Source: Candidatus Eiseniibacteriota bacterium (GTDB lineage: Bacteria; Eisenbacteria; RBG-16-71-46; DASYSL01). From it: a stretch of DNA of 32,648 nt. Under the pieces are notes generated by a model. It was not told the DNA's origin. It ran no database searches and saw nothing but the letters and a program-made list of their open reading frames with translations. A program made the position numbers and the translations under genes. The stretch is from NCBI GenBank assembly GCA_046598045.1, contig JBKJJJ010000108.1:1-32648 (forward strand), given 5' to 3'. Shown one piece after another: positions 25,900-32,648 of this stretch (within the stretch, counting starts at the first letter, position 1; every line of letters starts with the position of its first letter).

Positions 25900-28800
25900 T
25901 CAGGTGGAACTGCCTCCGGCATGACCGAGCGCTGCGACACCGTGCGAAATCGTGGCGTGGTCGCCGGAGCGTGCATCGACATCGACACCGGGACTTTCAT
26001 TGCGGAGTCGCGCCTGCAAGGCCCGCTCTGCATCGGGTCGACCGACCAGCCAGAACACGGCCGGGGTGACGAGCATGTTGAGCGCGGTCGAGGTCAGGAG
26101 CCCGCCAAGGATGACCGTGGCGACGGGATAGAGGATTTCCTTTCCCGACTGCCCCTTGGCGAGCGCCAGCGGAATGAGCGCCAGCCCGGCGGTCAACGCG
26201 GTCATCAGGACCGGCACCAGCCGCTCGAGAGTGCCGCGGATGATCATCTCGTGCGTGAACGATTCGCCCTCCTCGCGAATCAGGTGAAGATAGTGCGAGA
26301 TCATCATGATCGTGTTGCGACTGGCGATGCCGGTCAGGGTGATGAACCCGACCATCGAGGCGATGGAGAACACCCCGCCGGTGAGAACCACCGCCAGGAC
26401 GGCTCCGATCAGGGCGATCGGAATGTTGAGGAGGATCTGGAGCACGATCCGGGTCGAGCGGAAATGCGCGAACAGGACCGTGAACATGGCGGCCAGTGAC
26501 AGGAGGGAGAGCAGGCCGAGCGTGCGGCTCGCGGACTGCTGACTCTGGAACTGGCCGCCAAAGGTGACGAAGTATCCCTGCGGAAACGTGACCGAGCTAT
26601 GGACACGCTCCTCGACGTCCTTGACCACGCGCGCCAGGTCGCGCCCCGCGACATTGGCGGAGACCACGATGCGGCGCTGGCCATCCTCGTGCAGGACCTG
26701 GTTCGGTCCCCACGTCTCCTGCACGTCGGCGAGCGCCTCGAGGGGAACCTTCATGCCCGAGGGGGTGTCGACCAGCAGCGTTCGAATGGTCTCGGGCTGG
26801 CCGCGAAGACTCTCGGGCAGTCGCACCACGAGGTCGTAGCCGAACTGCCCCTGGAGGATCTGGCCGACGACCCGCCCGGCGAGCGCGGTCTCGAGCCATT
26901 CGTTCAGTTGCCCGGGCTGGATGCCGTAGAGCGCCGCCTTCTGCCGGTCGACCCGCACCTGGAGCTGCGGGACGAGCACCTGGCGTTCGGTCTGCAGGTC
27001 GACCAGCCCCGGAATGTCGGCGATCGCCGCGTGGACCTCGGCTGCCTTCTGCCTCAAGACGCTCAGGTCGGGCCCGAAGATCTTGATCGCGAGCTGCGCC
27101 TGGACGCCGGAGAGCAGGTGATCGAGCCGGTGGGAGATCGGCTGGCCGACGCTCACCCCGACTCCGGGGAGCTGGGCCAACTTCTGCCGGATGTCCGCCA
27201 TCACCCGGTCCCGGGCGCGCTTCGATGGGCGGAAGTCGACGTCGATCTCGCTGTAGTGCACGCCCTCGGCATGCTCGTCGCGCTCGGCGCGGCCGGTCCG
27301 CCGGCCGGTCGAGATCACCTCGGGGACCTGGTGAATGAGGTTCTCCGCCAGCGTACCCAGGCGATTCGATTCCGCGAGCGAGGTGCCGGGTTGGGCGAGC
27401 ACGTTGATCGTGGCCGTCCCCTCGTTGAACGGCGGCAGGAATTCCTTGCCGAGGAAGGGCACGGTCAGGCCGGCGAGGAGGACGGCGGCCCCCGTCAGGA
27501 AGACGATCGGCTTGGGATGATCGAGTACGCGCTTGAGCAGCCCGGTCTCGATGCGCTTGAGCCAGCGGACGAATGCGCTGTCGCCGTGCGTCGCCGCCTT
27601 GGCGCGGGGAAGGAGATAGAGGCAGAGCGCCGGCGTGACCGTCATCGACACGACGAACGAGGCCAGGATGGCGATCACGTACGCCTGGCCCAGTGGCGAG
27701 AACAGGCGCCCCTCGATGCCGCCGAGCGCGAACATCGGCAGGAAGACCAGGATGACCAGGATGGTGGCGAACACGATCGAGTTTCGAACCTCGGAGGAGG
27801 CTGCAAAGACCACCTCGAGCGCGGGCCTGGGCTGGGGACTGGCATGGTTCTCGCGCAATCGTCGCAGGACGTTTTCCACGTCGACGACGGCATCATCGAC
27901 CAGCTCGCCCATGGCGATCGCCAGGCCGCCGAGCGTCATGGTGTTGATGGTCTGACCCATCATCTTCATCACGACCGCGGTGACCACCAGCGACAGCGGG
28001 ATCGCCGTCAGGGTGATGGCGGTGGTTCGGAAGTTGAGCAGGAACAGGAAGAGAATGATCGTCACCAGGATCGCGCCATCACGCAACGCCTCTTCGACAT
28101 TGCGGACCGCCGCCTCGATGAAACTGGCCTGCCGGAAGAGCACATGCGTCTTCGTATCGGCCGGCAGCGTGGGGGCCAGTTGCACGAGCGCGGCCTCGAT
28201 CTGCTCCGTCAGCTTGACGGTGTCCTTCCCGGGCTGCTTCTGCACCATGAGGATGACCGCCGGCTTGCCGTTGACGCTCGCGTCACCGCGCTTGGGAGCG
28301 ATCCCCACCGCCACGTCCGCGACCGCGGAGAGCGGGATCGAGACTCCTCCCGGGAAGGCGCCGACGGGCGTGGCCGCCAGTTCGGCGGGATCGGTCGTTC
28401 GCCCGACGTTGCGCACCACGAGTTCGCGCCCGGCCTGGCTCACGAAGCCGCCGGTGGTGTTGGCGTTCGAGTTCTGGACGGCGCGCACCACGTCGTCGAG
28501 CGTGAGCCCGACCGCGGCCAGTCTCTGCGGATCGGGCTGGACGACGTACTGCTTGAGCCCACCGCCGATCGCGATCACCTGCGAGACGCCCGCAATGGTG
28601 AGGAGGCGCCGACCCACCACCTGCTCCGCGGTCGTACGGAGGTCGAAGGGCGCGACCGTCCCCTTTGGGCTCTCGACGCCGATGAGCGCGATCTCGCCCA
28701 TGATCGAGGACACCGGGCCCATGCTGGGTTCCGCCGAGGGCGGGATCTGGTCGCGCACGAGCTGGATGCGCTCGCTCACGAGCTGCCGATCGCGGTAGGT

Positions 28801-29106
28801 ATCCGTTCCCCAGGCGAATTCGACGAACGTGATCGAGAGTCCGACCGCCGAGACCGAGCGCACGCGCTCGACGCCGGGGGCGCCGTTCATGGCGGTCTCG
28901 ATCGGGCGTGTGACGAGCGCCTCGACCTCCTCCGGCGCGAGACCGGGCGCCTCGGTCATGACGGTGACGGACGGGCGATTGAGATCGGGGAAAACGTCCA
29001 CGGGCAGGTGGATGACCGTCCACACTCCGTACACGAGGAGGAGGGCGGCGCTGACCACGACGAACAGACGGTTCTCGAGTGCGAAGCGCAGGATGCGATT
29101 GATCAT
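25900..29106 (-). CDS. CusA/CzcA-family heavy-metal efflux RND permease (second, divergent copy)
   Basis: ATG 29106 overlaps the adaptor stop; LPVDVFPDLNRP, TM4 GELVDDAVVDVEN, DEHAEGVH, ERLVPVLMTA, GKEILYPVA; 1068 aa. Confidence 0.92.
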   Translation of the reverse strand: MINRILRFALENRLFVVVSAALLLVYGVWTVIHLPVDVFPDLNRPSVTVMTEAPGLAPEEVEALVTRPIETAMNGAPGVERVRSVSAVGLSITFVEFAWGTDTYRDRQLVSERIQLVRDQIPPSAEPSMGPVSSIMGEIALIGVESPKGTVAPFDLRTTAEQVVGRRLLTIAGVSQVIAIGGGLKQYVVQPDPQRLAAVGLTLDDVVRAVQNSNANTTGGFVSQAGRELVVRNVGRTTDPAELAATPVGAFPGGVSIPLSAVADVAVGIAPKRGDASVNGKPAVILMVQKQPGKDTVKLTEQIEAALVQLAPTLPADTKTHVLFRQASFIEAAVRNVEEALRDGAILVTIILFLFLLNFRTTAITLTAIPLSLVVTAVVMKMMGQTINTMTLGGLAIAMGELVDDAVVDVENVLRRLRENHASPQPRPALEVVFAASSEVRNSIVFATILVILVFLPMFALGGIEGRLFSPLGQAYVIAILASFVVSMTVTPALCLYLLPRAKAATHGDSAFVRWLKRIETGLLKRVLDHPKPIVFLTGAAVLLAGLTVPFLGKEFLPPFNEGTATINVLAQPGTSLAESNRLGTLAENLIHQVPEVISTGRRTGRAERDEHAEGVHYSEIDVDFRPSKRARDRVMADIRQKLAQLPGVGVSVGQPISHRLDHLLSGVQAQLAIKIFGPDLSVLRQKAAEVHAAIADIPGLVDLQTERQVLVPQLQVRVDRQKAALYGIQPGQLNEWLETALAGRVVGQILQGQFGYDLVVRLPESLRGQPETIRTLLVDTPSGMKVPLEALADVQETWGPNQVLHEDGQRRIVVSANVAGRDLARVVKDVEERVHSSVTFPQGYFVTFGGQFQSQQSASRTLGLLSLLSLAAMFTVLFAHFRSTRIVLQILLNIPIALIGAVLAVVLTGGVFSIASMVGFITLTGIASRNTIMMISHYLHLIREEGESFTHEMIIRGTLERLVPVLMTALTAGLALIPLALAKGQSGKEILYPVATVILGGLLTSTALNMLVTPAVFWLVGRPDAERALQARLRNESPGVDVDARSGDHATISHGVAALGHAGGSST

Positions 29107-30698
29107 TTCTTGCCGCCTGCGGCCGCGACCGGCGCCGGGGCGCTCACGGGGGCGGCGGAGACCAGCGTGTACGCCCCCTCGGTCACGACCCGTTCGCCCG
29201 GTTTGACCGACCCGGCGATGCCGACTCGTTCGCCATATCGTCCGGCGACTCCGACCGCCCGGTACTCGAAGAGCTCGGCTCCGGTGTGGATGAAGACGCC
29301 CGGCCCCGATTCCTGGTAGACGATGGCGCTCGCCGGGACGCTCAGGACGGTCTCGAGCCTCGGCGACTCGATGCTCACGTCGACCAACATGCCCGGCCGC
29401 AGGAGACCGCCGGTATTTTCCACGGTGAGGATGATCGGCGGGATGGCGCTGGCGAGGGGCGCCTGACTGCCCGATCCCTGCTCGGGCGTCGAAGCGGTCG
29501 GTGCGAGCCCCCGCACCTTGGCCGCGAAGTGGCGATCCGGGAGTGCGTTGGTGTGGACGGTGGCCACGCGGGCCTGGAGCGCCTTCGACAGGTTCTCGCC
29601 GAAGAGCGGAACCTCGACGCGCATGCGCCGCTCGTCGAGGATACGCGCGAGCTGCTGGCCCGCTTGCACCCACTGACCGGGGACGAAGTCTTGCTCGGAG
29701 ATCAGCCCGGAGATCGGCGCCCGGATGGGCAGGCGATCGATCACGAGGAGGTAGCCGAGGAGTTGTCCCTGGCGGACGCGATCTCCGATCACGAGCGCCC
29801 GGCCCGCGAGCTCGAGTCGCCCGGCCTGCGGGGCGGAAACCGCCGCGAGCGCGCCGCTCTCGGGCACCACGTGCCCGATTGCGGTCAGTTGCTCGTGCAG
29901 CGGCTCCTGCCGCACCAGGGCCGTGCGCACGCCGAGGAGAAACTGCGACTCCTTGGGCACGAACCGGGGCCCCGCGCCGCCGGCGGTCGGCGCCTGATCG
30001 TGCCCCGCATGCGCCGCGCCCTGCTCACTCCACAGGAGCAAACCCGCGGCCACGAGCAGCGCTGCCTGAACGATGCGGGCTCCCCGTCGGTTCGCCCGCC
30101 GGCGCGACCACGCGACGAGCGCGCCGATCACGATCACGGCGGCCAGGCCCAGGAGGATGAACATGAAGGTGGGTGGGCGTCGTGCGCTGGCGGCGGGAGT
30201 CCCGCCCGTAGCCGGGGCAGGAGCCTTGCCCACGGGCAGGTTGGAGAGGGCGAACTCGGCCTTGAAGGTGCCCTCGATGCTCAGGATCATGGTGTAGTCG
30301 CCGGGCTTGGCGCCGACCAGGTCGGCGCCATAGACGCCGGGCTGGTCCGCCGTCGCCTCGACCGAGATCTGCGTCGGGCTCGTGGTCCGCAACAGGACGC
30401 GGGCATGCTCCACCGGTGCATTGGTGGCGAAGTCGCTGACGAAGACCTGGAGGAGCGTCCGCTTGCTGCCCGGGACGCTGCGATACTTCAGCACGACCTC
30501 GTAGTGGTCATCGGCGGCGGATCGGACCACGAGACTCGGGTCCGTGACCGTCGCCTGGGCCGGCGCCGAATCGTGCCCCTCGTGTGCGTGGCCGGGCCCA
30601 GCGGAGAGCGCGAGTCCGAAAGCTGCAAGCAGGGTCGGCAACACCCATAGCCAGCAGACCGGGCGCGCCGTGGTGGGATGTTCCTTCGGCTTGTTCAT
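29103..30698 (-). CDS. RND periplasmic adaptor with extra N-terminal Ig-like domain and no alpha-helical hairpin
   Basis: ATG 30698 overlaps the TolC stop; lipoyl motifs VSAPQAGRL / IRAPISGLI, LRPGMLV, PGERVVTEGA; two signal-like segments followed by HEGHD and HAGHD. Confidence 0.87.
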   Translation of the reverse strand: MNKPKEHPTTARPVCWLWVLPTLLAAFGLALSAGPGHAHEGHDSAPAQATVTDPSLVVRSAADDHYEVVLKYRSVPGSKRTLLQVFVSDFATNAPVEHARVLLRTTSPTQISVEATADQPGVYGADLVGAKPGDYTMILSIEGTFKAEFALSNLPVGKAPAPATGGTPAASARRPPTFMFILLGLAAVIVIGALVAWSRRRANRRGARIVQAALLVAAGLLLWSEQGAAHAGHDQAPTAGGAGPRFVPKESQFLLGVRTALVRQEPLHEQLTAIGHVVPESGALAAVSAPQAGRLELAGRALVIGDRVRQGQLLGYLLVIDRLPIRAPISGLISEQDFVPGQWVQAGQQLARILDERRMRVEVPLFGENLSKALQARVATVHTNALPDRHFAAKVRGLAPTASTPEQGSGSQAPLASAIPPIILTVENTGGLLRPGMLVDVSIESPRLETVLSVPASAIVYQESGPGVFIHTGAELFEYRAVGVAGRYGERVGIAGSVKPGERVVTEGAYTLVSAAPVSAPAPVAAAGGKK

Positions 30699-32032
30699 CG
30701 TCCCTCGGGGCGCAGGAAACGGGTGAGCAGATCGCGGCGCGCGCCGGTCGCGCGGACCAGGCGGGCGCGGGCATCCTCGACTGCGGCGATGGCTTCCAGG
30801 TAGTCGCGCTGCACCCGGACGAGCCGATCGCGGAGGGTCAGATAGTCCTCGAGCGGGATCCGCCCACCGCGGTAGGCGTCCTCGGTCAGGCGCAGGTCCT
30901 TGCCGGAATCCTCGGCGGCTCCGCTCAGCAGCGATCGCCGGACTTCGGCACGCTCGAGGGCCGCACATCCACCGGTCACCTCCTGCGCCACGGACACGGC
31001 GAGTCCCGTCCGATCGGCCCGGGCGCGCTCGAGGTCGACTTGGGCTTCCGCGACCGCCCCCTGGTTGTGTTGCGTCAGGGGGAGCGGAATGCTCGCGTGA
31101 ATTCCGATCAGGGTATTGCGATCCTGGATGGGACCAGCGGTGCCGCCACCGGTGGTCGGGACGGGATCAAAGTAGAGTCGCTCCCTGGCTGCGGAGATTC
31201 CGATCGTCGGGTTGACGCCCCCGAGTCGGCGCTCGAGGCGCACGCGCGCGGAGAAGAGCGATTCGGCCGCCGCCGCGCGAGCCAGGTCACCGCGCGTCCT
31301 CTGAGCCAGCGCGAGCGCCGCATCCGGCGGGCAACTCCAACTCGCATCGCCCAGGTCGTCGACGAACTGGAGCGAGTCGCTCGCGCTCGTCCCCAACCAG
31401 ACGCGCAACTCCGCGGAGGAAAGCCTCTCCTCCTGCTGCGCCATGATCACCTCCGCATCGAGACTCACCGCCTCGTTGCGCAACAGCCGGGCGGCAAACG
31501 CCGTCACGGTCTCGCGCTTGCGAGCCGACTCGGCGCTGGACCCGAGTGTGTTCGCGCGCCCCGCGAGGGGTTGCAAGAATGCGAGGCGCCGCCGCGCGAC
31601 CAGCCAGCGCCCGACTGCGGCATCGACCGCTGCCGCGATGTCCTGTTCCCGGGTCGTCACCTCCCGCTCGATGAGCCCCGCGGTCGCCCGGCCGACATGC
31701 CGCCGTGCGCTCCTTTCGCCGCGGAGGTCGAGCTCCTGCTCGATCGAGAGTCGTCGCGTGTAGTCGCGCGAAGAAAAGGGCGACCCGGCGCCCTCCACCT
31801 CCAGCGTGACCACCGGGTTGGACGGATAGGGGGCGATGCCACTGAGCCGGTCGGCCAACCGCCCGGTCGCGCGCATGCCACTGAGTTCCGCCGAACGCTC
31901 GAGCGCGCGATCGACGGCCTCCGCTCGCGTCAGGGTTTCGGCGTGACTCGTCGCGGCAATCGCGCAGGCCAGGACAGCCGAAGCCACAAGGCAACGAGCC
32001 AGTCGAACCAGCATTGAACGTTGGCCGTTCAT
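30695..32032 (-). CDS. TolC-family outer-membrane efflux protein
   Basis: LTRAEAVDRALERS, ASIPLPL..NQG, AYRGGRIPLEDYL; TGATG overlap with the upstream gene. Confidence 0.88.
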   Translation of the reverse strand: MNGQRSMLVRLARCLVASAVLACAIAATSHAETLTRAEAVDRALERSAELSGMRATGRLADRLSGIAPYPSNPVVTLEVEGAGSPFSSRDYTRRLSIEQELDLRGERSARRHVGRATAGLIEREVTTREQDIAAAVDAAVGRWLVARRRLAFLQPLAGRANTLGSSAESARKRETVTAFAARLLRNEAVSLDAEVIMAQQEERLSSAELRVWLGTSASDSLQFVDDLGDASWSCPPDAALALAQRTRGDLARAAAAESLFSARVRLERRLGGVNPTIGISAARERLYFDPVPTTGGGTAGPIQDRNTLIGIHASIPLPLTQHNQGAVAEAQVDLERARADRTGLAVSVAQEVTGGCAALERAEVRRSLLSGAAEDSGKDLRLTEDAYRGGRIPLEDYLTLRDRLVRVQRDYLEAIAAVEDARARLVRATGARRDLLTRFLRPEGR

Positions 32033-32520
32033 CAGCGGGCGTTGAGTCCGAGCACCGCCTCCGTGGCGCGCAGGTGTGTCTGGAGTCCCGCGAACAGGGT
32101 CTTGGTCTTTGCCAGGTTGCCCGAATCGCCGGCCTCGTCGAGCTCACCCGCCATCGAGCCCACTTCGTCGACGTGGCCGTCGAGCGCGGTTTTCTGGGCC
32201 GCGGACAGGCCGGTCGCCTTTGCAGCCGCGGCCGTCACCAGGTCCCGGATCGCGAAGGCCTTCTTGTGCACGTCCGCGAGCTTCGCATCGGCAATGATCT
32301 GCTGAAGCTGGGTCTCCTGCTCGTGGACGCGTCCGAAGAGGTCCGCCACCGAGCCCTCGGTCGAGATTGCTTCGCCCTCGCCGGCCTCGGGCGTGGGAGC
32401 GGGGGTGGCGTGTTCGGCGGGCGGAGCCTGGGCGACGGGTGTGTCCTGCTTCTTGGCGCAACCCGCGGCGATGAGCAGTGCGGCGGCAACAGACAACACG
32501 AGCGTCGTGCGAGCAAACAT
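32032..32520 (-). CDS. Helical lipoprotein, possible metal-binding helix bundle
   Basis: GGAGG RBS; lipobox AAGC; Pro/Glu linker then amphipathic helices with spaced His (VHEQ, VHKK, GHVD, THLR). Confidence 0.85.
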   Translation of the reverse strand: MFARTTLVLSVAAALLIAAGCAKKQDTPVAQAPPAEHATPAPTPEAGEGEAISTEGSVADLFGRVHEQETQLQQIIADAKLADVHKKAFAIRDLVTAAAAKATGLSAAQKTALDGHVDEVGSMAGELDEAGDSGNLAKTKTLFAGLQTHLRATEAVLGLNAR

Positions 32521-32619
32521 GATTCCTCCCCAACGTAAGTAGTAATGAACGCGCCGGCGCGACCAATACAGGTCGGACCGAATCCTCGGTGTGATCGAGA
32601 CGATCGAGGGGTTCGTTAC

Positions 32620-32646
32620 TTACAGCGTGGGGGGCGCCCGGCCTTG
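32620..32646 (-). CDS. 3' end of an upstream ORF ending QGRAPPTL* (candidate RAPP-motif leader protein)
   Basis: Minus strand reads CAA GGC CGG GCG CCC CCC ACG CTG TAA, ending about 100 nt upstream of the first operon gene. Only 8 codons are visible. Confidence 0.5.
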   Translation of the reverse strand, partial: QGRAPPTL

Positions 32647-32648
32647 GA

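Noticed and set aside
1..32648. CRISPR arrays, tRNA/rRNA genes, integrases or IS elements
   Set aside because: No regularly spaced repeats, RNA-gene signatures or recombinase motifs seen by eye; a covariance-model search was not possible.

Overview
High-GC DNA from a diderm bacterium. Secreted proteins ending in FlgD-type Ig domains or a 'TPAxxx[ST]WGS[VI]KxxYR' tail suggest an FCB-related candidate phylum such as Ca. Eisenbacteria (inference). The left 10 kb holds four secreted modular proteins, a BNR beta-propeller/MoaD-ThiS pair, a Cyc2-like monoheme cytochrome-porin with a Met-rich linker, an unannotated 40-aa membrane peptide and a disrupted CorE-type (Cys-rich) ECF sigma factor. The right 22.5 kb is a heavy-metal cluster of two convergent operons. 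The + operon has a Cys-rich lead ORF, czcCBA, a PII protein, czcD and a second CDF-like gene. The - operon has 12 genes: helical lipoprotein, TolC, an adaptor lacking its alpha-hairpin, HME-RND, DUF305/CopM, Csp3, CupA-like cupredoxin, BNR protein, two uncharacterised exported proteins, CopA and a His-tailed EamA protein. An ORF end reading RAPP sits just upstream of it at the window edge. I saw no rRNA, tRNA, CRISPR array, integrase or transposase.
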